From the NCBI GenBank assembly GCA_002633005.1, contig NMRA01000638.1, positions 172,693 to 236,692 of the forward strand: 64,000 nt of DNA, in the 5' to 3' direction. Every line of letters begins with the position of its first letter. Within the stretch, counting starts at the first letter, position 1. The position numbers and the translations under genes were made by a program. The stretch is from Phoronis australis (taxonomy: Eukaryota > Animalia > Phoronida). The notes under the pieces are model-generated. The model searched no databases, had not been told where the DNA came from, and was given only the letters and a program-made list of their open reading frames with translations. Positions 1 to 12,700 of the stretch are shown one piece after another.

Positions 1-400
1 TCTGTACGTAGAGGACCTTTGAAGATAAGAGGTAAACGCAAAAAATAAAATTGCCGCTAGGGGGCACACCGGTAGTCATGTCTGTCTGAAAGTCATTGTC
101 TGCGGTCAACTTAATGGCAATACACTTGCTAAACTTAATAAAGATCCTGTAGAGCGTTTAAGAGATACAGCCATGGGTGCAAAAACACACAAAACTGCCG
201 CTAGGAGGCGCCACAGTAGTCGAAGTTGTCAGAAAATCATTGTCAGCCACTTTCTTCATAGTAAAAACATGTATACTAATTTTCACAATCATCCCAAGAG
301 TGCTTTGGTTGATTCAGCGGAGAAAACAATAAAAGTAGCCACTACGTGGTACAAATTACCTCGAATCTAACCAAAAACAGGATAGCGTCACCTCACTATT
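1..400 (+). mobile_element. Partial Helentron/HINE-like modular repeat (same family as 10738-11583 and 60017-61260)
   Basis: Shared core units such as aaaattgccgctagggggcacac and ctaggaggcgccacagtagtc. Confidence 0.7.
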
Positions 401-656
401 TGGCAGTCTATGTCATGCCCTTGATAAAGAGCGTACTGCTTCAAATGTGGGAACAGTACTTTACCTGAACAATAGAGTGTTGGGAGCTTTAATTGGAGAC
501 CATACAAACATGACTTGCACCAAGGGATAATAATGATCAAGTGACTTGACTTAGCAGTATGTCAGGAACAGATGCCATTATAAACATCAAAAAACATGCA
601 TTGCACTTCTGGAGTTTTTACACAGAGTCTACCACCAGGTATTCCTGTGTCCTCAC

Positions 657-761
657 CTCTATCGTTCTTGAGGCCGGATGTCTCTCCATTACCAGAGCCT
701 CTCCCTGGTCCTGTACGGTGTTAAACTGCGTCTCTCGCGACTCCATGTCAGACATAAGGCT
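657..761 (-). CDS. shot: Duplicate of the HPASRTIE exon (SLMSDMES variant)
   Basis: Near-identical to 2858-2962 with intact splice sites. Confidence 0.8.
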
Positions 762-3700
762 CTGAAGTAAAGGGAGGACTTGATCAATACTAAACAGAAC
801 AGGTTAGGCCAAAACCATCATTTGAAAATCAAGTCAGACACACTGTATCACTGAATCAAGGAAAAATGATGTGTTTCTTACTCATCGCTTGGCAAACCAT
901 GGCATTTCAAACCTAGTTTACGTGCTTTTCTTCAGCTTTTCAAAATAAAAAGCACAAAATTGTAATAAAATTTTATGTGGGGAGGACGTATAGCACTCAA
1001 GCTGGATAGGGGTAAAGAACAGAACCAACTTTGGTTTTGGCTGGCCTTATCAGAAGCAATGATGAAGACTGCATACAGTAAAATCTCACCATATTCGGAC
1101 AAAAATAATTGCCAAAAATGCCTTTTCCATTTGTCAAGGGCTTCTAACCTTGTTGTGAATACCCACAAATTTTCAAAACTTTGTTTGGTGATAGTTCTGG
1201 TACAAAACCTGAACATGGAAAATCATTCAATTTGGTGTTACTGACATATTGTTCTTGAAAAAATTACGAAACAAAATTTCGCATCTCAGCCATATGAAGT
1301 CCTAAATTGGTGAGATTTTACTGTACACAAGCACAGAGACACTTACTAGAGGGTGTCCGAGATCCTGGAGAAAAATGGGAACAAAATCATAACAAAGAAA
1401 AGACAATTGCCTTACAGTATTCTCAAAAGATCTCAACTTGTAAAACAAGTTTATCAAAAATGCCTTTCAACAGACTACACACTTCAGGTAGTACACGTTA
1501 CATTAATGTAAAATATATATATAGGTAAATAAAACAACAATAATGGACCAATAGTTGATCCGTTATTGTTTTTTTATTTACCTACATGTACATATACTGT
1601 ATTATACATTTCGTCAAACAATAGTATCCTTTAGAGGATCTGGATTGCCTCTTTTAGTTTCAGATTTATTATGTTATAAATGTAAAGGTATACTAAAACA
1701 AACTTTTCAAAAAACAAGGCAGCACGGCTAGATCCAAGTATTATATGACGGGTATACATAGAAATGGTATTGTTATTGAAAAATCATATCCAAGTATACA
1801 GCAATATTGACTACATGAATGGGTACAACAGAAGTACAATGCAAACCTTAGCATTAGGCCTGCCTTCCTGAAAACACAAGACACAACAGGCAACTGAGCC
1901 AGAGAAAACCTGAACTAAAAGCAAGTTATCACTTACGAGCAATAACTTAATAGTTAACTACAAAGGTGTGGATTGATTAGGTTGTTAGACAGGTGCAAAT
2001 TGCTAATAACATGACACCGGATGAGTATTTTAAGGGTTATGTCAACATCGTTGCCATTTAACAGTCTATTTACACCTAACCTTTCTTAAATGTTTATTAC
2101 GGAAAATACTATGAACAATAATCTATGTAAATATACCAATACATTTTAGAAATTAATAACATTTTGTGATGTTACCTGACAGCTCACATGAACACAGTAT
2201 ATCAACTTCATCTATCAGTCCTAACTCAAAAACTGAAAAAGTTAAAATGACAAAAAGAGAAAATTTGCAAAAACAAGGTTCAGGAACTTGATTCATATCA
2301 ACTAGAATCTGTATAAGAACAGGTCTGAACGTAAACACTTATACAAGGACTCTCCATAAACACCAACCTGGTAATATCGTTCAATGTCTGTTATCTGTAA
2401 GTTTCTTGAACTCCAATCCCTAGAGATTTCTGCTTCTTCCCGCTCATTAAGCCACATGAGCTCTGTGTTGGCTCCTTCCAAGAATTTAACCAACGAGTCG
2501 CAGGACTTCAGCCTCCGATTGGCTGTATTCTGTGCAAATTGAAATAGAGAAGTCCACATATAACATACATAGCAACAAAAAACATTAATGAATCCATCCT
2601 CNATGTCATGCCCTTGATAAAGAGTGTACTGCTTCAAATGTGGGAACAGTACTTTACCTCAAGTTTTAAACAATAGAGTGTTGGGAGCTTTAATTGGAGA
2701 TCATACAAACATGACTTGCACCAAGGGATAATAATGATCAAGTGACTTGACTTAGCAGTATGTCAGGAACAGATGCCATTATAAACATCAAAAAACATGC
2801 ATTGCACTTTTGGAGTTTTTACACAGAGTCTACCACCAGGTATTCCTGTGTCCTCACCTCTATCGTTCTTGAGGCCGGATGTCTCTCCATTACCAGAGCC
2901 TCTCCCTGGTCCTGTACGGTGTTAAACTGTGTCTCTCGCGACTCCATGTCACACATAAGGCTCTGAAGTAAAGGGAGGACTTGATCGATACTAAACAGAA
3001 CAGGTTAGGCCAAAACCATCATTTGAAAATCAAGTCAGACACACTGTATCACTGAGACAAGGAAAAATGATGCGTTACTTTCTTACTCATCGCTTGGCAA
3101 ACCATGGCATTTCAAACCTAGTTTACGTGCTTTTCTTCAGCTTTTCAAAATAAAAAGCACAAAATTGTAACTGAATTTTATGTGGGGAGGACATGTTTTA
3201 GTCAGTGATTATAGCACTCAAGCTGGATAGGGGTAAAGAACAGAACCAACTTTGGTTTTTGGCTGGCCTTATCAGAAGCAATAATGAAGACTGCATACAG
3301 TGAAATCTCACCATATTCGGACAAAAATAATTTGCCAAAAATGCCTTTTCCATTTTTCAAGGGCTTCTAACCTTGTTGTGAATACCCACAAACTTTCAAA
3401 ACTTTGTTTGGTGGTAGTTCTGGTACAAAATCTGAACATGGAAAATCATTCAATTTGGTGTTACTGACATATTTTTCTTGAAAAAATTACAAAACAAAAT
3501 TTCGCATCTCAGCCATATGAAGTCCTAAATTGGTGAGATTTTACTTACTAGAGGGTGTCCGAGATCCTGGAGAAAAATGGGAACAAAATCATAACAAAGA
3601 AAAGACAATTGCCTTACAGTATTCTCAAAAGATCTCAACTTGTAAAACAAGTTTATCAAAAATGCCTTTCAACAGACTACACACTTCAAGTAGTACACAT

Positions 3701-6700
3701 GTTACATTAATGTAAAATATATATAGCTAAATAAAACAACAATAATGGACCAATAGTTGATCCGTTATTGTTTTTTTATTTACCTACATGTACATATACT
3801 GTATTATAAATTTCGTCAAACAATAGTATCCTTTAGAGGATGTGGATTGCCTCTTTTAGTTTCAGATTTATTATCTATGTTATAAATGTAAAGGTATACT
3901 AAAACAAACTTTTCAAAAAACAAGGCAGCACGGCTAGATCCAAGTATTGTATGACGGGTATACATAGAAATGGTATTGTTATTGAAAAATCATAACCAAG
4001 TATACAGCAATATTGACTACATGAATGGGTACAACAGAAGTACAATGCAAACCTTAGCATTAGGCCTGCCTTCCTGAAAACACGAGACACAACAGGCAAC
4101 TGAGCCAGAGAAAACCTGAACTAAAAACAAGTTATCACATACAAGCAAGAACTTAATAGTTAACTACAAAGGTGTGGATTGATTAGGTGCAAATTGCTAA
4201 TAACATGACACCGGATGAGTATTTTAAGGGTTATGTCAACATCGTTGCCATTTAACAGTCTATTTACACTTAACCTTTCTTAAATGTTTATTACGGAATA
4301 TACTATGAACAATAATCTATGTAAATATACCAATAGATTTTAGAAATTAATAACATTTTGTGATGTTGCCTGACAGCTCACATGAACACAGTATATCAAC
4401 TTCATCTATCAGTCCTAACTCACAAACTGAAAAAGTTAAAATGACAAAAAGAGAAAATTTGCAAAAACAAGGTTCAGGAACTTGATTCATATCAACTAGT
4501 ATCTGTATAAGAACAAGTCTGAACGTAAACACTTATACAAGGACTCTCCATAAACACCAACCTGGTAATATCGTTCAATGTCTGTTATCTGTAAGTTTCT
4601 TGAACTCCAATCCCTAGAGATTTCTGCTTCTTCCCGCTCATTAAGCCACATGAGCTCTGTGTTGGCTTCTTCCAAGAATTTAACCAACGAGTCGCAGGAC
4701 TTCAGCCTCCGATTGGCTGTATTCTGTGCAAATTGAAATAGAGAAGTCCACATATAACATACATAGCAACAAAAAACATTAATGAATCCATCCTCCCATC
4801 AGGGAAAGATGAGACACCACCCACAAGAGGTGCGATGGAATCTACCAATCTAAGTGTGGTGAGAGTACTGATAACTATATCGGTGACTGGTCACCTAACC
4901 AGGGTTAAGGACCATCGCAACCCCAACCTCAGACCCACTGCTGTTATTCAAGAACATGCAAGGGATCTACATCACCAGGTCTCTAATGAGGATTTCAGTA
5001 TATTAAGTTTACTTCCACAGAAGTGGAAGCGTATGGTACGGGAGGCTAGTGAGATTCACGTCCACAGACCAAGTCTGAACAGAGATCCTGGACTTGCTTC
5101 CCTAATATAAGGGGAATGTCCCACGTTTGTTTTTATTGTTTTATTACACAACAAAAGAGGACGCACCTGGTGGTGAATCAAATCCGTGAGATATGAACGA
5201 AACGACTGTATACTGACAACCTCAAGGCATGGCTTTTCGGTTCCAAAAGGGATCTTTATTTAATACTATCATCATTTAAATGGAACCCAGAAATATACAT
5301 AGTCTAATTAATGAATCACCTTTCTGTAAAAACATCATATATCTGTCACAGTGCCACATCTCCACAAATGCCTCCAAATACTAACACCTAACCTATGTTG
5401 CAAGGGTTCAAACATGTCACAAAACTTGGCAAACTCCACACCGGTGCATAGACTTACAGTCAAGAGTGAGTAGGCCATTTCCAGCTTGTACAGCCATTGA
5501 GAGTAGAGCTTTTGTTCATCTGGGTTGGACAGAGCGCTGTGAGCAGATTTGCACCGCTCTACAACAGGTTTGTAGTTCATTATCTCAGAGTGATCGCGTC
5601 GGTGTTGATCACACACTGCCTGTGCCGAGTGGAGATCACTGCCATATTCAGCGACTTCCAGGGAATTCTGGGTAAAAAAGTGACAGTCAACAGCATATGC
5701 ACAAGAATAGATTGCCAATGAAACCAATTCAGAGATAACACACTAAATAACCATTATGAATACTGAAGCCTACAAAAAATCAAACATTTGTTAACAGATT
5801 AAGCATCCTCAAAAGTAAACTGACAAAATCAACACAAATCATATTAAAACATTCAAAATTCAACCAGAATGAATGCAATTTCCTATTTTTTTAAATTGGT
5901 CAAATTCCCAACCAAACACCATTTACCATGCATGCTTAATCATATGAAGCAGTAAAGTGAGGAAGAACCAGTGACCAAACATGAGCGCTGAAATCCAGTG
6001 GACCCATTAGAAGAGGTCATAAACTAAAAACACCAGCACTCAAATATTATGTGCCCAAGGTCTCCAAAAGACTGAAAAATATGCATGCAACTATCAACTG
6101 CGGGTCGTCATCAGTTGAGAAAAGAGAAATAATGATTTCAAAGTATGACTGAGTTTATAAATGAAAACAACTTACAATAAGTAGTAGCTAGAAGATAAAT
6201 GTTTGTGATACTGGTAAAACACAGAGAGCATTGAGAAGTGCTTTTTGTGTGCATCTGCTGTGAAATTTGCATTCATCACAAGACAATTACACCACTGATA
6301 CACAAACACATTCACTGAACAGAACTGTATAGCCTACGTCACCACACTCACCTGTTTCATCTCAATCCAAGTGAGACAATCTTGTAACTGTTTGAAGGCG
6401 TCGCTAGTCTCAACTAGTCTCCGCTCAGTCTGAACCTCGGTCCGCCTCTCTACGGAGACGCCTTCTTGCACAAACTTTTGCGAGGTCAGTTTTGGAATGA
6501 GCTGGTTCTGTAGGCAGTTGTGCAGACTGGTCCACTTCTGGTACAATGTGTTGACTCTGGAAGAAACACAAGAGGATGTTGTTAGGCACAGTCAACACTA
6601 AGCTGGCAGTTAGCACCCCTTTTCACTGAAAATATTCATCTTCCTGACCTTCATCACCGAAACGTCATCCTACAATAAGATTTCTCGAACTTTTATCCTA

Positions 6701-9700
6701 CCACAGGTTGTGACAAAAATATCAAAACTTAGAGTTCTTTGGCCAAAGAAGGATTCCAGCTATAGATGTCACTGTTTCCCAGGTGAAGACCTCCCAAGCT
6801 TCGCCACTTCAGCCTGGTTGTTTAGGCCAGAATAATCCAACGGCATCCCATATACCCACAGAATAAAACCAGTTCCCCATCACCACCTACCTCTTGTGGA
6901 GCAGCTCCGACTGCGCGTACCGCCCATCCCTAAGTGTCTGTACATCACTGAACAGATTACGCAAGCTTTCTTCCAGCTTACGCAATGAGTATTCAATGGC
7001 ATCACAACCATTCTTGGACTCCATTGGGTGAACGCTGCCCACACGGGCGTCTTCTTCATCCAACCGACGTCCCATGTCCTCAAGGTTTTCTTCTGTGTAC
7101 TTCATGTCATGGTGAACCTTCTCAGCCAATCGCTGCAGCCGTTCTAGCCTGCACAAGATCAAAATGTAGAAATTCTTCAGTTATCTTGCAAAAAACTAGT
7201 GCACAACTCAATATAGACAGAGAACAGAAAGCAATTCATCAGCATGGGGGCAATTATGGGAAAAAGATGCCAGGAGACTGCCTGAATGTAAGTATTTCTA
7301 CCAATATGCTCCTTGTTTCAATAGCACCACCAGAAACTTTAATTTCTTATTTCTAAGACTGTAATTTTTCTGTTTTTCAAATGTTGCCTACAGTGCAACA
7401 AAAAGTTTATTGAATGTTATTCTTGGCAACTGTACAGTGTGAACAAAGACAAAAATGAATTAGAATAATTTTTTTATAATTATTCAGATTCATTAAGAAA
7501 TTTGACAGAATAGAATCCTAATTTTTGGCAATGTTGTATGTTAAATAGCTGAAGTGTTACTACATGACTTTTTGTCTGCCAAAATGCCTACCAGCAATCA
7601 AATATCATTCAAGAACTGAATGAAAATCAGATTTCAATCACGACACTTGGGACCAAGACTACCAAACTTCAGTCGACATTGTACTTGCAAATTAACTAAT
7701 TGTGTAGCAATCTTTGAGTCCACTTTAAACTTCACGCAACGTAATTGGTGCAATTTGGAGTAAATTTTGATGGTCTGAGCCCTGGTTCCTACAACATACC
7801 TACTGATCTCTACCTGTATGGGCCTTGGTTCCTACAACATACCTACTGATCTCCAACTGTCTGGGCCCTGGTTCCTACAATATACCTACTGATGTCCACC
7901 TGTCTGGGTCCTGGTTCCTACAACATACCTAGTGATCTCCGCCTGTATGGCCATATCCCTCTCCTTCTGCGCCACCATGAACTTGTCCCAGAACCGCACA
8001 ATGTTCTCCGCACGCAGCTGCTCGTCCACTTGAAACTGGCCAGCTGATGCCTGACACATGCGATCCAGCTCGTCAAACAGAAGCGAGAGGCGCTTGCGGT
8101 CCTGGAGGCGTGGAGGAATCTCTTTGATGCGGAAATGGTTGAACTCTGCCAACAGCGTCTAGAAATATCACCATGAGAAAGGAAGGTGAAAAAGTTTCTT
8201 AGTCTTATTTAGCAGTTTGTAAACCTTCTACTGTGATCTTGAAAAATTCACACCGATATAATGATGTCATGAGACATTACTGGCAATATCCCCCATTTTA
8301 GATCCGTTTTTTGCATTTCATTTGTCACAGAATTTCATGGGGATCTTAGTTCGAGTTTGAAAACAGGATTTGAGGCAGTATCTGCACAAAGTAACATGTA
8401 GTACTGTCAGTTCTTCCAAAACTGGATATCACTTCCAACATTAATTAGGAACACTTTGACATGCATTTCATAAATGTAAGTGGTCGAATTAAAATTAATG
8501 ATGAAGTTTTCAATATCAGAAATCTCTGAAATGAGTTTTACTTTCCATGAATTTCACCTTTTTCCTTTCCTATGCAAGGAAACTACTTTTGTTATCCCAC
8601 ATGAGTGCAAATCATGCATAAGTGAAAACTTGTGACCAGAACACACATACGACTTCAAACATATACCTTCATCTCAATGAGAGTGTTTGGAAAGTTGGAG
8701 TCTAGCATCATGCTGGTAGAGTCTCTGATCCAGCGTAGCAAAGACGCGGCCAGGTCACGATACTCCTCCCACTTGACCCTTCTCTCCTGTTAAAACAACA
8801 CACAACTGTCAACGTCCAGAATGTAACAATGACTAACACCTTTTGACCAATTTGATCAACCTTAAAATGTGCAGAATCTCTATGATTTGCAGGTCAAATG
8901 TGACTAACATGTTCCGACAGTTCGCGATAATACACTGATAATTTGAACGTACTCAAGTTTACATAACCCCAGTCTCCTCAAAAACTGTCCGACAGCAAAA
9001 AATATCACCAATTTAGGATCAGGGCTTGGAATGACCAATGACAAAAAACGCGGAAACTATAATCATGTGCGCTACCCAGCCTTGAAATGGTCGATGTGAA
9101 CCTTTCCCCGACAAAAATCGGGAGGACTAAAAAAAAAATAAAAAAAAAACGTTACCACCATCACTAGCATGCGTCTGCGTCCTTTTAGCTCGTCCTTCCA
9201 CTCCCAACCCACACATTATTGGCTGCAGAGCCGTAGCATTTGTCGCCGCGGTTTACAATAACATGAGACGCCATTGAAAATCCCACCACGCTTACCCAGA
9301 TTCCCCGGCAATGTTGACAATTTACGTTCCTCCGAAACATAAAGAGCAACTTCCGCTTTTCGAGGTCAACGTCGTCTGCAACGCCGCGGTAAGAAAGGAA
9401 TTTGCCGCGGAAATTTTATATCAAATCCGATTTTTTTTTTACGCGGAAATATAATAAAATGCGCGGACAGAACATTTGAAAAAAGCGGAAATCCACGTTT
9501 CCGCGGAAAATTCCAAGCCCTGTAGGATACAATGAAGAGAAAAAAAGGATTTTTTATCACAAAACACAAGTTACATCGAAACAGTGCTTTATGGTTTTTA
9601 AGTTCTCTCCAACAGCTACCATCATATAATATTTTGAAATACTTCGGCAATCACAACAATGTTAAACCCTTGAAAATTGAAAAGGGGGCCAACTTTCACA

Positions 9701-12700
9701 TTTTTGTCAAAAATTGGTATATTGTACCACCCAAATTTCAGCAGTGTACTACAGGTTAACTTACGTTGTCAGCGACAGACTGTTGGGCCGATGGTATCTC
9801 GGGAAAGACATCGTAAAGTGAAGACACGTAGGTTAATATAGACTTCTCATCAGGCATAGGCACATCGATATCTGGGAAAACAGGGTACACAATGGTTAAG
9901 CATTTAATGTCAAGACTGAGCAATGGATCCAGGTTGAGGTTTTGTAGATTTTTATGAGCCAGAACTAAACAGAAATTGTATCAAGAATGGAGCATTTTCA
10001 GCATTAAAGCATTTCCTTAATTTATGGCATTGTTAGTCCACAATTATTAATGACTACACTCTCAAGGCAACCAACACACTTGGCACTATCTGTAACCTTA
10101 TAAGAAATCTTTTCTTCTGGACAGCTAATACTTGATTACCAGCAGAAATAAAACAACAGCAATTGTACGCAAGAAAAACTCATAATTTTGATTTATCATT
10201 TATATTCTCACATGAATGTCCATGATTCTAATCTGTAACCTTCATGCTAAAAATAAGAATTTTGTAGTGAAAACTTGTATGATTTCCATTTTTCTGAAAG
10301 AATAAATGAAAGCGCTCCGAGGAGTGACACTTGGCGAAATTAACAGAAAAGACGGCGATAGAGATGATGACGAAGATGACGAAAATAACAACAATGGTGG
10401 CGATGATGAACAATACAAGTAATGATAACATTCACAAGACGAACGTAGAGGCCAGAAAGTAAGTATAGACTACAGTCTTGAGCGACACTTGGCGAAATTA
10501 ACTGAAAAGACGACGACGGAGATGATGACGAAGATGACGAATATGATGACGATGGTGATGATGCTGAACAACATCATAACATTCATATGACGCACGTAGA
10601 TGTCATAAATCAGCAAGAAATAGGCTACAGTCTTGTTCAATAGAAGTTAAACCAACATCAATGCAGCAAGAGCGCTCAACAAAGGAACAGCACTATCAGA
10701 AAATATCGAATAATTCGAAAAGTAGACGTCATAGTGAACAAGAGCAACGCAGAGCGTTGAAATGCGCCAACAAATGCATCGCAAATGGTGTGCTTTTAGG
10801 GTTATTTATTTGTATCACAAAAATGGCCACTAGATGGCGCAAAAACGTACAATCCATCCAAAAATGGGAACATGTCATATTTCATAAAAATCTGTCAAGG
10901 AACTTCAGAGAAACAAAGGAAAACAGAACAAAATGAAATTGCCACTTGTGGGCACAGCGTTCCATCCACCTGAAAGTAGTCGTCTGTTATCTTCATATAA
11001 GTTCACTTACTAAATTTAATAAAGATCATGCAGTGGGTTTTGGAGATACAGCTAAGGGCACAAAACAAAACAAAATTGCCACTAGGAGGCGCCACAGTAG
11101 TCAAAATCGTCAGAAAATCATCGTCAGCCGTCAACTTCACAGTAAGAACATACGTGCCAATTTTCACAATCATCCTTTGAGCGGTTTGCGTGAGAGAGGG
11201 GTGCACGCGAAAAAACAGACTCGAAAACAGTAAAAATGGCCACTAGGCAGCGCAAACTACGTTGAATCCATCCGAAAACAGCAAGGACAGCATCATCTCA
11301 CTAATAGGTGTATAGATACCAAATTTTATGAAAATCCGTTCAGGACTTTTGAAGATACAGAGATAAACGTAAAAAAACTAAAATTGCCACTAGGGGGCAC
11401 ACGGGTAGTCGGATCCGTCCGAAAGTTCCCTCATGCTATCCCATCCACGAAGAAACATGGGTGCAAAATTTCATGAACATACGACAAGGCATTTTGGAGA
11501 TAGAGCAGCAGACGCTGGACGGACGGTCGAACGGACGGAGATGACGGCATAATGCGTCCACATATAAATATGTGGGCGCATAAAAAATGAAAAAAATCTT
11601 CTGAAAGCCCGTTCAAAACTCTATCTAAATTGATGGTATTGCCTAGTTCCGAAAATTTTTCAAAACAATTGAAATTTTGGTTTTTTTTTTGAAATTCAAA
11701 GTCAAATAACTCGAAAACGGGAAGTCTGAGAAAAAATTGTTGCAGGTCATTTGAACGCGTATACCTCAGAGAATCCACATGCAAAAAATCATGTCTTTTT
11801 CTCTTCCCGTTTAAAATGGCACTCCAGCACAACTGAAAATGGGTCAACATGCGCCAGATCCGCCATCTTGAAAACAACTTCCGTTTTTTTAATTCTGAAT
11901 AATAGCATGTCATAAGAAAATAATACCTGAAAAATGTCGAAACAATTGGTCCTATAATGCGCCCTCTACATAATAAAACGTTTTTACCTGAAATCGAGGT
12001 GCGCATGCACAAGTGCCGACATTTCTTTAACCAGAAATTAACAATTTCCAGTATACATGCAGCACACGTCTAGTCCAATAATTGTGCCGATTTTCAGTCT
12101 AGTACGGCAAAAATTGTAGCCTCCAGAAGCATTTGAATCTTACAATGAAAACAAAATGGCCACCACAGCCGCCATCTTGGATCCGATTATGACGAAAAAC
12201 TATAGGCTTCCAGTACTTGCGAAAGTACGTGTTATGTGTAAATTTCCTGATTGGACAAAAATCGCGACCTGTATCGTGCGAACGAACAAAAAAACGGGAG
12301 CGCTTTGAGGAGTGACACTTGGCAAAATTAATCGAAAAGACGATGATGCGGAGGACGACGACAATCATGACGATGAAGATGGCAATTATGAACAACATGA
12401 TAACATTCATGTGAGTAGCGAAGCAGTAAGGCTGCAGTCTTGTTTACGCGCCCGGTTTCTCGGACGGCAGACGACAGAGGTTGATAGCAAATGACAGTCA
12501 CCGGTTTGCATCAAAAGTAGGGAAAAAACTTGGCTTTTCTCATTCAAAAACACAAGTTAATCAGTTTCCTGGCATCTGTTTTCAACAAATTCCTCAAACA
12601 ACGAGCCAAAGCTGACATACGCCTTGTAGATGAGTTGTAGGCACTAGAAAATACCCGGACAGACCTAACAGAAAGAAGTGACAACTTGAGACAGCAATAG

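Larger units (their letters stand above)
410..4795. repeat. ~2.2 kb direct tandem duplication (410-2601 and 2603-4795) joined by a single N
   Basis: Copies are collinear with scattered SNPs and small indels; n at 2602 sits exactly at the junction. Confidence 0.95.

Noticed and set aside
11431-12410. 193-aa and 103-aa minus-strand ORFs
   Set aside because: They are translations of repeat elements and the GAT microsatellite.
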